Counted from the stretch's first letter, positions 38,800 through 48,204 are shown. The stretch is DNA of 64,000 bases from Thermoplasmata archaeon (GCA_022750455.1 JAKIVR010000002.1:1270-65269); one strand, 5' to 3'. The notes: generated from the letters alone by a model not told the origin. Numbers and translations: made by a program.

Positions 38800-39077
38800 G
38801 CCCCGAGCGCAACGGCGAGCGCCCCGGCCATCACCAAGGCCGCGACCGCGATCGCCACGGCCACCCAGCGAGAGCTGGCCTCGGTGCGAAGCGCGGCGGT
38901 GAGGTGCTGGTGGTGCGCCATCGTGCCGTAGTCCTGGCGCGCGACGGATTCCGGATCCGGGTCGGAGGCGTGCCGGCCGGTGCGGTAGGCATAGGCGCGA
39001 GGACAGTACGCATACTCGGCGAGGTTCCCGACGGTCTGCCACCGGGGAGAAAGGGAGGATTGCGCGCGCGCTGCCAT
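38796..39077 (-). CDS. Cas4-like nuclease, N-terminal module (YCPR first-cysteine motif) ending in a TM helix
   Basis: LAEYAYCPRAYAY matches the Cas4/DUF83 N-terminal CPR(K)xW motif. C-terminal hydrophobic helix WVAVAIAVAALVMAGALAVAL. Stop overlaps the downstream ATG (ATGA). Confidence 0.5.
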   Translation of the reverse strand: MAARAQSSLSPRWQTVGNLAEYAYCPRAYAYRTGRHASDPDPESVARQDYGTMAHHQHLTAALRTEASSRWVAVAIAVAALVMAGALAVALGA

Positions 39078-39132
39078 GAGGGATTTGGACGGGTATCGGC
39101 GTTAAAGGCTTCCGCTTGGAGTGGAAGATGCT

Positions 39133-39537
39133 CTACGCGGTCGGGGGCGATGATGGCGCGGTCCCGGCGTCGGCGGCCGGCTTCGAACCCCCGCCCCGGG
39201 GCTTCTTCGGGGGCTTGGGAGCGGCGGGCGCCGGGGCGGCCGGGGTCTCCGCGACGCGCTCGGGTTTCGGTGCCGGGGCCGCCGGCGCCGGCTTCGGGGC
39301 CGGAGCGGCGCCGGGCGCCGCGGCCGCGCGCGCGGCGTTCGACGCCGTCTGGGCCCGGCGGAGGGCGTGCGCCCGGGTCCACTTCATTCGGTGGCCCACG
39401 CGTCCGAGCACGAGCTGCTGCTTGCGGCACGAGCTGGAGCAGAAGTGGAAGACGCTGCCGTCCTTCTTGACGAACATGAGCCCGGTGCCGGGCTCGATCT
39501 CGTCGGCGCAGAACGAACACTGGCGCTTGATCACCAT
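39133..39537 (-). CDS. rpl24e: 50S ribosomal protein L24e with ~70-aa Ala/Pro-rich C-terminal extension
   Basis: MVIKRQCSFCADEIEPGTGLMFVKKDGSVFHFCSSSCRK zinc-ribbon core, then AAAPGAAPAPKPAPAAPAPKP... Confidence 0.85.
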   Translation of the reverse strand: MVIKRQCSFCADEIEPGTGLMFVKKDGSVFHFCSSSCRKQQLVLGRVGHRMKWTRAHALRRAQTASNAARAAAAPGAAPAPKPAPAAPAPKPERVAETPAAPAPAAPKPPKKPRGGGSKPAADAGTAPSSPPTA

Positions 39538-39544
39538 GCGAACT

Positions 39545-39757
39545 TCACCGTACCGACAGTTTCCGCGCCTCGCGCGCGGTCTCGCGCAGAACCAGGACGT
39601 CGCCGATCCGTATCGGACCGGTGACGTTCCGGGTGATGATCTTGCCGCGGTCGCGTCCGGCCAGGATCCGTACCTTCACCTGCGTGGCCTCGCCGGCCAT
39701 CCCGGTCCGACCGATCAGCTCCACGACCTCCGCCGGGGAGCCCTTCTCTTCGGCCAT
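39545..39757 (-). CDS. rps28e: 30S ribosomal protein S28e
   Basis: 70 aa, full-length S28e similarity ([22 protein letters not shown]). Confidence 0.9.
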   Translation of the reverse strand: MAEEKGSPAEVVELIGRTGMAGEATQVKVRILAGRDRGKIITRNVTGPIRIGDVLVLRETAREARKLSVR

Positions 39758-39782
39758 CGTTCCTTCCGAGAACCTATCCGGC

Positions 39783-40154
39783 CTACTTCTTCAGGGTCTG
39801 GAACGCCAGGGCGAGTTCGTCGAGCAGCGCCTTCGCCTCGCCGGGTTCGACGATGGCGACGCTCGCCGCGGACTTGGAGAGTCCGACCGCCGCGCCGAGC
39901 CGCTGCTTCTTCCCGACATACAGGTACGGGATGCGCTTTTCTTCGCAGAGCATCGGAATGTGCACCAGGATCTCGACCGGGTCGACGTCCTCGGCCATGA
40001 CGACGAGCTTCGCCTCGGCGCGCTCGCTGGATTTCGTCACTTCATTGGTGCCGACGCGCACGCGGCCGGTCTCCCGGGCCACTTGCACGAGCTGGAGCGC
40101 CTTATCAGCGATATCGGCGGGGGTCTCGAACCGTACGTAAATCGGTCGCGCCAT
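39783..40154 (-). CDS. rpl7ae: 50S ribosomal protein L7Ae
   Basis: 123 aa, L7Ae/L30e fold ([25 protein letters not shown]). Confidence 0.9.
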   Translation of the reverse strand: MARPIYVRFETPADIADKALQLVQVARETGRVRVGTNEVTKSSERAEAKLVVMAEDVDPVEILVHIPMLCEEKRIPYLYVGKKQRLGAAVGLSKSAASVAIVEPGEAKALLDELALAFQTLKK

Positions 40155-40179
40155 CGTTGCCTCTCGTCACCGGAGCCTT

Positions 40180-40213
40180 GTAGGGCCCCTCAGGTCACGG
40201 GAATGGGGCCTAC
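40180..40213. promoter_or_regulatory. imperfect inverted repeat GTAGGGCCCC-n15-GGGGCCTAC just upstream of rpl7ae, next to the TTAAATA TATA box (40222-40229, minus strand)
   Basis: Read from sequence. Overlaps the predicted TSS/5' leader of the rpl7ae-rps28e-rpl24e-ndk operon. Confidence 0.35.
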
Positions 40214-40293
40214 TTTCGGCGATATTTAAGCTGGCGGAGGAATTGGTTCCGCCGATTCGAAGGGTATAACGTCAGGCCGGGGCATCGCCCGCC

Positions 40294-40761
40294 GTGGAGC
40301 CAGCCACGGAAAGCCGCGGCTCGAAGGGCTCTCGAAGAAGGCGCACCGCCGCGCTCGCCGGCGCGCTGGCCCTCGTCGCCGTGGTGGCGACGTTCACGCT
40401 CCCGGCGGTCTCCGCGACCCAGGCGTATGCGTTGCCCACATGCGACAACGCGCCGCCGCGGGGAGGGCTCGATTTCCCGGGCCAACCCGCCCTCCAGAGC
40501 TGCTCCGGCTGGAGCTTCCAGTTCGAGTCGGCGTGGAACTCGATCGTGACCGTGGCGTGGACGTCCGCTCCCCAACCGACGTCGGGGTCGAACCCGCCGT
40601 CGATGCCTTGCACCCTCCCCAACGGTCAGCTGATGGATCCGGTAGGAAACTCGGCCAGCTTTACCTTCACATCCACCGGGGGTTCGACCCAATGCACGTT
40701 CTACAACTTGGAGTGGGAGCCGGCTTCGGTCAACGTGACCATCGTGAGCCCGGTAGCGTGA
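40294..40761 (+). CDS. small secreted Cys-containing protein with twin-arginine-like signal
   Basis: SRRRRTAALAGALALVAVVA signal. Six Cys residues. Thr/Ser-rich. Confidence 0.45.
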   Translation: MEPATESRGSKGSRRRRTAALAGALALVAVVATFTLPAVSATQAYALPTCDNAPPRGGLDFPGQPALQSCSGWSFQFESAWNSIVTVAWTSAPQPTSGSNPPSMPCTLPNGQLMDPVGNSASFTFTSTGGSTQCTFYNLEWEPASVNVTIVSPVA

Positions 40762-40831
40762 GGGCTTCTGCGGAGTTCGCCACGACTCGGGTCCGCCCGA
40801 CGGAGAGCCTTGCGTCCGTGGGCGGACAGCC

Positions 40832-41884
40832 CTAGGCCGGTACGTCCATCGCCCGGAGCGCTTCGGGGTAGGCCTCGAAGTACGCTCGAGCCGGCGCCAT
40901 GATCCGGTCCAGGCTCGCGGTCACCGAGGCCTTCAGGTCCATCGGATGGATCCCGCCGTCCTTGTACGTCTGCTCGAACACGGCTGCGTCCGTGAAGGCG
41001 AGAGTCCCACCGTACTTCGCCGGCCGCTCGATCGATATCGTGCCCTCCCACGGAAGAACGACGTGCCGCGCGAGTTCGATGATCGGATTCGCTTCGACCT
41101 CCTTCGGCGGGCAGAACGCCCCGCGGATCCTTTCGGCGATCTCGTCGCGCGTGGACGGGATCAAGATGGCGGACGTCGGGTCCGACTTCGACATCTTCCC
41201 ATCGGCCCCGTCGGCGGCCGGGTCCATCCGGGCGCCTCCCTTGAGGGACGAGATGAGTGGCGTGTGAAGCGCGACGGGGACCGGCCACCCCTCGGCATGG
41301 GCGGTCTCCCTCGCCAGGATATGGGCGCGCCGCTGGTCTCGCCCCGCGTAGGCGATCTCCACGGGGAGCTCGAAGATGTCGGCGACCTGCATCGATGGGT
41401 AGAACAGCTTCGCGGTGTCGAGGTCGGCCTCCGCCTCTCCCCGCCCGAGGATCGTCATCGCGCGGCGAGTCCGGGCGAGGGACGTACCCTTCGCGACCTG
41501 GATCACCCGGCTCCAGTACGCCGAGTTCCCTGTGAGCTCGTTCGCCCACCGCCATCGCGCGGAGGCGTCGTCGACCCCGAGGGCGACGAAGGCGCGGTGC
41601 ATGTACTCGCCCGCCGCTTGGATGCGCGGGAGCGAACCTCCTAGCTTCCCATTGATCCAGGCGTGCCAGTCGGCGAGGAACACGGTTAGCTCGCACCCGG
41701 CCTCCTGCAGGTCGCGCATCTTGCGGGCGCAGACAAGGTGGCCGACGGTGAGGCGACCGGACGGTTCGAAGCCGATGTACACCCGGGGGCGCGCGTTCGC
41801 CTCGAACGCGGCGGTGAGCTCCGCCTCGGTGATCAGCTCGTCCGTGTGACGGCGGACGAGGGCGATACGGTCCGCAAGGTCCAC
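40832..41884 (-). CDS. tyrS: tyrosine--tRNA ligase, archaeal type
   Basis: HIGH-type GFEPSGRLTVGHL and KMSKS motifs. 350 aa. Confidence 0.9.
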   Translation of the reverse strand: MDLADRIALVRRHTDELITEAELTAAFEANARPRVYIGFEPSGRLTVGHLVCARKMRDLQEAGCELTVFLADWHAWINGKLGGSLPRIQAAGEYMHRAFVALGVDDASARWRWANELTGNSAYWSRVIQVAKGTSLARTRRAMTILGRGEAEADLDTAKLFYPSMQVADIFELPVEIAYAGRDQRRAHILARETAHAEGWPVPVALHTPLISSLKGGARMDPAADGADGKMSKSDPTSAILIPSTRDEIAERIRGAFCPPKEVEANPIIELARHVVLPWEGTISIERPAKYGGTLAFTDAAVFEQTYKDGGIHPMDLKASVTASLDRIMAPARAYFEAYPEALRAMDVPA

Positions 41885-41994
41885 GGCCGCGCACCTCGGA
41901 CCTGCTTATATAGCCCCCGACCGCGCGGCGCCCTAGGGCCCCTGCGGGAGCGACCGACGCCTTAAACGGGGGTTCCCGCTATTCTACACGGCAC

Positions 41995-44181
41995 ATGGCA
42001 GAACCGGCCGAGGCGACGGCCGATCTCACGAACGGCGAGGCCATCGTTCGGTCGTTCGGAATCGAGGCAGAGCGGGCCCGCTCCTTGGCCCAGGCCGGCC
42101 TCGGCACGCCCGAGGCGGTCCGCTCCACATCCGACGAACGGCTGAAGGAGTTCGGGCTCACCCCGGACGAGATCCGCCGGGTCCGGGCCGAGCCGATCGT
42201 TCCGGAGGAGGCGGCGCCGGCCGCCGTCGAGCGATGGACGAGGGCTGTCCGCACGAGCCCGAGCGGCCGCCCCAAGCGCCGGACCTTGGCCGGGTCCCCG
42301 TCGGGTTCGAAGGACGTCGTCCGGCGATGGGTCGACGGTGACGACCGGGCGCTCGAGAGCTGGCTCTCCAGCCCCGAGGCGGAGAGCTCCGCCACGCCGC
42401 TCCCCACGCCGGAGCCGGCCGCCGCCCCGGCGGACGATGTCTCCTCGAGCCCGTCCCGCCCTTCGATCCCCGCGAAGCTGATCCAGCGGGAGGAGACCGT
42501 CATCCATTGGCTCACCGAGCTCCTCGACCGGAGCAAGAACGACCAGTTCGACCCGCGATCCCTGCTCACCGAGTTCCAGGAGACCCAGCGCGAACTGTTC
42601 GATGAGAAGGAGCGCCGCCGCCAGGTCCAGGAGGAGCTGGAGCACGTCAAGCGGGGCTCGGTCGCCGTCATCAAGTACGTACGGACACGCGAGGCGAGGG
42701 AGCGCGACCAGCTCGCCGCCCAGAAGGACGCCGAGATCAACGATCTGAAGCAACGCTTGGCGTCCTCGGGCGGGCCGTCGGCGACGTCCCCCGAGCTCGC
42801 GGTCGACGACGGGACGATCTCGCCGGCGCGGGAGTCGGCGATCCAGGCGGAGATCCAGCGTCGGGAGCAGGATTACTCCACCCGGGAAGCGGAGCTGCGC
42901 CGCCGGGTCGTCCAGCTCGAAGGCGATCTCCGGTCGGCCCAGGCCGGCATCCTTCCGACCGAATCCGACGCCGCGGTCCCGGAGGGCGACGACGCCTCGC
43001 CGCGCCGGAACCTGGTCGACGACCGGGAGCGCGACCTGATCCGGCGGGACAACGAGGTCCGGGCGATGTTCGAGGAGGTCCGCATCCGGACCGAGGACGT
43101 CGAGCGCAAGCGGGCCGCCACGATCGCCAAGGAACGCGAGCTCTCCGCGGTCCAGCAGGATTACGCGAGCAAGATCGAGGAGCTGAACAACCGCCAGCGC
43201 GAGTTGAACCTCGAGGCCCGCAAGCTCGACGACAGGATGAAGGTCGAGACGGCGATCCCGGCCGATATCGAGACCGAACGCACCCGGCTCGCCAGCCTCG
43301 AGGAGTCGCTCCGCAAGGAAGAAGAGAAGCTGAAGCTGCGCGAGGCGGCCGCGAACCAGAAGCTGCGCGAGGCGGCGGAGATGGCGTCGCGCGCCCCAGG
43401 GGACGACAGCGAGCCGTCGCTCGAGGCGATGAAGGCCGCCGCCTCGCCCGAGGCGAAGCTCAAGACCGGCGTCCGCCGGCTTGACGAGCTGATGTTCGGG
43501 GGCATCCCGAAGACGGCCCAGATCCTCCTGAACGGCCCGGCCCACGCGGGCAAGGACGTCATGGCCCGGATGTTCATCGGCGAGGGGCTGAAGGGCGGCT
43601 ACGGCGCGCTCTGGGTCGTCACCGACCGAACGTACCTCAGCGTCCGCGACGACATGAACGCCATCATCCCCGGCTATGCGGAGTACGAGCGCCGCGGGCT
43701 AGTCCGGTACGTCGACGCCTACGCCCGCAGCGTCGGCGTCACCAACGTCGAGAAGGGCGTGCGGCTCCTGAGCCCGAACGAAAAGGGGTTCCTGGAGCAG
43801 CTCACGAGCGCGGTGAACCAGGCCGCCGCCGAGCTGAAGGAGAAGGCGCCGGCGTACCGCCTCGTCTTCGAGAGCATCTCCACGGTGACGGCGTACCTCG
43901 ACACCTCCCAGACGTTCCGCTTCCTCCAGCCGTTCGTGGGCCGACGCCAGCGTGACGGCGCCGCCTCGTACTACGAGATCGAGACGGGGATGCACGCCGA
44001 CGCCGATCTCCAGACGCTGGAGCACATGATGGACGGCAGCATCCACCTGAAGTTCGACCAGTTGAAGACGTTCCTCTCGGTCCGCGGGATCGGGGAATCC
44101 CAATCCCGGGCCTGGATCGGGTACACGTTCACCAAGCGCTCGTTCAACATGGGATCGTTCTCGCTCGACCACATCCGCTGA
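41995..44181 (+). CDS. HhH + long coiled-coil + KaiC/RadA-like RecA-superfamily ATPase domain protein (deviant Walker A GKD)
   Basis: N-terminal tandem HhH (IEAERARSLAQAGLGTPEAV, LKEFGLTPDEIRRV). ~350-aa Glu/Arg/Leu coiled coil. C-terminal LDELMFGGIPKTAQILLNGPAHAGKDVMA...LWVVTD KaiC/RadA-like core. Confidence 0.65.
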   Translation: MAEPAEATADLTNGEAIVRSFGIEAERARSLAQAGLGTPEAVRSTSDERLKEFGLTPDEIRRVRAEPIVPEEAAPAAVERWTRAVRTSPSGRPKRRTLAGSPSGSKDVVRRWVDGDDRALESWLSSPEAESSATPLPTPEPAAAPADDVSSSPSRPSIPAKLIQREETVIHWLTELLDRSKNDQFDPRSLLTEFQETQRELFDEKERRRQVQEELEHVKRGSVAVIKYVRTREARERDQLAAQKDAEINDLKQRLASSGGPSATSPELAVDDGTISPARESAIQAEIQRREQDYSTREAELRRRVVQLEGDLRSAQAGILPTESDAAVPEGDDASPRRNLVDDRERDLIRRDNEVRAMFEEVRIRTEDVERKRAATIAKERELSAVQQDYASKIEELNNRQRELNLEARKLDDRMKVETAIPADIETERTRLASLEESLRKEEEKLKLREAAANQKLREAAEMASRAPGDDSEPSLEAMKAAASPEAKLKTGVRRLDELMFGGIPKTAQILLNGPAHAGKDVMARMFIGEGLKGGYGALWVVTDRTYLSVRDDMNAIIPGYAEYERRGLVRYVDAYARSVGVTNVEKGVRLLSPNEKGFLEQLTSAVNQAAAELKEKAPAYRLVFESISTVTAYLDTSQTFRFLQPFVGRRQRDGAASYYEIETGMHADADLQTLEHMMDGSIHLKFDQLKTFLSVRGIGESQSRAWIGYTFTKRSFNMGSFSLDHIR

Positions 44182-44238
44182 ACGGCGCCTGGGCGTCGGG
44201 TCGACCGACCGGTCCAGCTCTCGCCCGGTACGACGAGT

Positions 44239-45372
44239 TCAGCTCCCGATCGACGGAGCCGGCGGGACCACGGGTCCGGCGTCCCGACGCGCGCTGGGTC
44301 GGGGGAAGGCTCGACGTTCCAGGTCCCGGTCGAGCCAGAAGAGGAAGTAGATCACCGCGACGTCGGCGAGGACCACGAACTCGAGCGGGAACTCGAACAG
44401 CAGACCGAGGAGGATGCCGAGCGCGAAGAGTCCGGCCGCGAAGACCACGAGGTGACGTTCGTTCGCTTCGGTCCCGATGTGCCGAAGGAACCACAGACCG
44501 GCCAGGGCGAGCTCTCCCACGATCGCCGCGAAGACGACGACCGGTGGCAGATGGCTACCGGCGCCAACGATGGTCAGCAGGACCGCGCCGGGGTAGACAA
44601 AGCATCCGAGCAGGAAGAAGCCCCCGCGGGATCCGGTGGGAGGACCGGGTCGACGGAGGGGAAGCTCGGTGGGGAGCCGGCGCCCCAGTACGCAGAGTCC
44701 GACGATGCTGCCGATCGCGACCGCCAGGAGAGGGTACCCGTACCAATAGTGGACCGAGGCGGAGACCAAGAGCGTCAAGAACGCGGTGTCCGCCGCGATC
44801 AACGCCACGACCCACGCCACCTGCCGGTCCGTCAGGAAGCTCTTCCCACGGGTTTCGGGGAGTGCGTAGCTGAGCAGGAGCAACGGGATGGCGATGCTCA
44901 TCAGAATGTGGATCAGAAATACCTGTGGCAGCCAGAGCCAGTTGACCCCGAGAAGATGGCCGTAGACTCCGGCCGGACCGAGCGGGGAGGTGTGGGGGTT
45001 GAAGATGGTCTGGTCCGCGATGCCCTCCTCCATGATCGCGTAGGCGGCCCCGAGGGCGATCGCCGTCGGCCACCCCTTCCTCCACCGGATCATCGCTTCC
45101 CGGATCAACAGCGCGCCGGAGGTGTACATCGCGGCGTTGATCCCCAGCGCGAGGAAGAACCAACCGGGGGAGAGGACGAGAAACACGAACGAGCTCGATC
45201 CGGAGAGGTACTCCACCAGTCCGGGGGTCAACAGGAACAAGCACACGACGGGGTGGAGTCGGAGGAACGTGGTCAGCCGCGTGAGGAGGCCGCCCGTCGG
45301 TGCCACGGGGCCCGGGAGTACCGGGGTCGAGGCAGTCGACTCTGCGATGGGCCGATCTGCGCCCCAGCTCAT
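44239..45372 (-). CDS. hypothetical polytopic membrane protein (~9 TM)
   Basis: Hydropathy pattern only. Confidence 0.5.
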   Translation of the reverse strand: MSWGADRPIAESTASTPVLPGPVAPTGGLLTRLTTFLRLHPVVCLFLLTPGLVEYLSGSSSFVFLVLSPGWFFLALGINAAMYTSGALLIREAMIRWRKGWPTAIALGAAYAIMEEGIADQTIFNPHTSPLGPAGVYGHLLGVNWLWLPQVFLIHILMSIAIPLLLLSYALPETRGKSFLTDRQVAWVVALIAADTAFLTLLVSASVHYWYGYPLLAVAIGSIVGLCVLGRRLPTELPLRRPGPPTGSRGGFFLLGCFVYPGAVLLTIVGAGSHLPPVVVFAAIVGELALAGLWFLRHIGTEANERHLVVFAAGLFALGILLGLLFEFPLEFVVLADVAVIYFLFWLDRDLERRAFPRPSARRDAGPVVPPAPSIGS

Positions 45373-45406
45373 GCTGGTCTAGCTTTTGGCCCAATATTTG
45401 AAAGTC

Positions 45407-45805
45407 TCAGGAAGATTTGTCAGGTCTTTCGGGGGCCGATCTGGCAGTGCCCGCCTGGGACCTACGAACCGGGCTCGCCGTCCGTGGCGGGAGAGGCGTA
45501 CCACCGGCTCGAGGCGACCCGAGCAGTTCGATCAGCCGGTTTCGGAATCTCGTTCTTCCCACATTGCGCACGGAGTGCGCGTCCGGAGGATCCTTCCACA
45601 CGACATCTCCGGTTCGGAGGCACCGACGCTCTTCGTTCCCGTCCTCATCCGTCAGGAGGAGGGTCGCACCTTCGAGAACGACCGAAAGGTACGGGTAGCG
45701 GTGGCGGTGCAATGGATAGCTCCGTCCCGGCTCCACGACCATCTCCCAGATCCGGACGCGGCGATTCTTCTGGAGCAGCCTCTGCGCGGGGGGAACGGGC
45801 TTCAT
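45407..45805 (-). CDS. cupin-domain protein
   Basis: Cupin His motifs HRHRYPYLSVVLEG...DAHSVRNVG. Confidence 0.55.
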   Translation of the reverse strand: MKPVPPAQRLLQKNRRVRIWEMVVEPGRSYPLHRHRYPYLSVVLEGATLLLTDEDGNEERRCLRTGDVVWKDPPDAHSVRNVGRTRFRNRLIELLGSPRAGGTPLPPRTASPVRRSQAGTARSAPERPDKSS

Positions 45806-45860
45806 GGCGGGCCCGGTAGGGCGTCGGTCCCCATGAATCCCGCCCGAGATCCGGGCCGGA

Positions 45861-46631
45861 TCATAGGGGAGCCTCCCACGGGTTCGCTTGCGCCCGGAAC
45901 CGGCGTCCGGAGAGAGCCCGCGGGTCCTGCTGCAGAAGCCACGACCAGAACGGAAGGGTGACCTCCGGCCGGGGGTTGTCCGAGTCGTCGTCGATCGGGC
46001 AGGCGATGGGATCCCACGCGTGGCTCAGTTCGCCCGGATCGACCGCGACCACCGAGATCTTCTCCGACTCGAGCTCCTGGGCGAGGACGAAACTGATCAC
46101 TTCGAGCGCCGCCTGGCTCGACCCGTAGCCCCCCCAGCCCGCACGGTCCGCCAGGCCTGCATCGGCCGAGATGTTGACGACCCGACCGCCGGCCTTTCGC
46201 AGGTACGGGGCCAGCGATTGGACGAGGGCGAGAGGCGCCAGGACGTTGACCTGAAACAGCCGCTCCAGCTCGTCGAGCGGATACTCCACGAGTCGAGGCA
46301 GCGGCGTCGGCCCGAGCTCGCTGGCATTGTTGACCAGCAGCTCCAAGGAGCCACGGGCGGCGACCACCTCCTCCAGGGTCTGGCGGAAGCCCGGGTCGGA
46401 GACGTCCCCGGCGAACGGCCAGACCTTCCCGCCGAATGCGTTCAACCGGTCCTCGGCGAGACGCAGATCGAACGAACCACGGGCCGTCACGATCAGATCG
46501 TACCCCTCCCCGGCGAGGTACCGCGCGAGGGTGAGACCCAGCCCCTGGCACGTTCCCGTGACGAGCGCCAACGGCGCGACTGGCGCCCCCTTCTCCGGGC
46601 GGGCGGCACTGCGCAACCAACCGAGTTTCAT
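45861..46631 (-). CDS. SDR-family oxidoreductase (catalytic YxxxK replaced by YGSSQ)
   Basis: LVTGTCQGLG, NNAS, YGSSQAAL. Confidence 0.7.
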   Translation of the reverse strand: MKLGWLRSAARPEKGAPVAPLALVTGTCQGLGLTLARYLAGEGYDLIVTARGSFDLRLAEDRLNAFGGKVWPFAGDVSDPGFRQTLEEVVAARGSLELLVNNASELGPTPLPRLVEYPLDELERLFQVNVLAPLALVQSLAPYLRKAGGRVVNISADAGLADRAGWGGYGSSQAALEVISFVLAQELESEKISVVAVDPGELSHAWDPIACPIDDDSDNPRPEVTLPFWSWLLQQDPRALSGRRFRAQANPWEAPL

Positions 46632-46984
46632 CGACGCTCCCCCGATTTCTCTCTAGGCCGTGATTGAATTTATAGTGTATTGGAACAAATATGGATGTAT
46701 GTCCAATGTATTGAACTGAACACGGACGTATAACAAATTCTTGTATAAATTATGAGACGAACGTTGCTGAAAGTACGAAGAGATCTCCGAACTCCACTCC
46801 GACGGCCCGGGATTCGGCCCGCCCCGGTCCTCGTTGTCCCTCGCCGGGCCGTCGCCGGACCGGATCGGTCGGCGCGGCGTGGTCGACCGGCCCTTCGAGC
46901 GGGGGAACGAGGCTCCTCCTGTTCCTGTTTCTCGGGACGTGCATATCGATTTAATGAAGCCCCGGTAGCGTCTCGGGAAGGTAG

Positions 46985-47473
46985 ATGACCCGGCTAACCA
47001 AGAGTGCGTTCAACGATGCACCACTCGGTGGCCCCGAGACGTGCGTCAACCCGGCCTTTCCCCCGAAGCGCTACCTCAAGGTCCGATTCGACCAGTGCCC
47101 GGTCGGCCTCTCCGTCGGCGTTCTCGGCCGGAAGTGGGCGCTGCTCATTCTTCGCGATATCGGGGCGTACGGGGTCGACCGGTTCAACCGCCTTCGGGCG
47201 TCGATCCCCGGGATCCCTCCCAAAGTTCTGAGCACCCGTCTGCGCGAACTCGAAATGTTGGGCCTCATTCAGAAGCTGGAGACCAGCCGGAGTCCAATCT
47301 TGGTCCGATGGGGGCTCACGGACCGAGGGAGGGACTTGGTACCGGTCATGATGATGATCACCGCCTTCCAGTCCAAGTACCACCCCGAATTGATCCACCC
47401 GGGCAAGCCTTCGATGAAGGTGCACGAGATGTACGACCGAGAGGCGATGCGCCTCCTCGAAGCGATGCTTTGA
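46985..47473 (+). CDS. HxlR-family transcriptional regulator
   Basis: CPVGLSVGVLGRKWALLILRDI. Confidence 0.75.
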   Translation: MTRLTKSAFNDAPLGGPETCVNPAFPPKRYLKVRFDQCPVGLSVGVLGRKWALLILRDIGAYGVDRFNRLRASIPGIPPKVLSTRLRELEMLGLIQKLETSRSPILVRWGLTDRGRDLVPVMMMITAFQSKYHPELIHPGKPSMKVHEMYDREAMRLLEAML

Positions 47474-47637
47474 CCCCCCTTCGACGAAGGGAGAGGGAGC
47501 TTTCCGAAGCGGGGGAGACGAGTGGTCCACCGGTCCCTCGACCCGAGGTCCCGCCTCCGGGATTTTCACCTCTTAAACGGTAGGGGAGCGAAAGGAGCGC
47601 TGCTACCTCTTCTACCGGATCGGCGTGAACCACCTCC

Positions 47638-48081
47638 ATGCCGATGATCGACGTCTACGCCGCTGCGAATCTCTTCCCGGCCGATGTGGACCGACAGCTG
47701 GGCCAGGAGCTCACGATGGCCGTTCTCCGCGCCGAGGGCGTGGCCGCCCCCGGTCCCTTCCACCTGAACAACACCGCGGCCTACATCCACCGAATGGAGC
47801 CGAAGGCGGTGCACACCGCGGCGACCGACTCCGCCCGTACGGTGCGCGTGCAGATCATCACGCCACCGGCGGCCTTGACTCGCGAAGGTCAGAAGCAGCT
47901 CGTGAAGGAAGTCACGGAGATCGTCACCCGGATCTCCGGCGACCCGACGCAGGCCGGCCGCACGTGGGTGCTGCTGACCGAGGCCGCCGAAGGGGGATGG
48001 GGTCTGTCGGGCACGGCGTTCGGTCGAGAGGAGTTCGCCGCTCTCGCCGCCAAGGCAGCCGCGGCGCGCGGCACGAAGTGA
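47638..48081 (+). CDS. tautomerase-family protein (Pro1)
   Basis: MPMIDVY N-terminus. 4-OT-like beta-alpha-beta repeat pattern. Tentative. Confidence 0.5.
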   Translation: MPMIDVYAAANLFPADVDRQLGQELTMAVLRAEGVAAPGPFHLNNTAAYIHRMEPKAVHTAATDSARTVRVQIITPPAALTREGQKQLVKEVTEIVTRISGDPTQAGRTWVLLTEAAEGGWGLSGTAFGREEFAALAAKAAAARGTK

Positions 48082-48204
48082 TTCGTCCGCGGGGGACCCG
48101 ATCTCTCGCCTCCAGAGCGAGGTGGATACCCCGAGGTTTACGACGGGCCCGCCGGTTCTAGGACCGGCGCGTCGTCTCGGACGAAGCTCGCCGGACGGGC
48201 AGGG

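Noticed and set aside
40236-40300. GATTCGAAGGG / inverted repeat GGCGGA...TCCGCC, possible tRNA
   Set aside because: T-stem does not pair. No cloverleaf on either strand.
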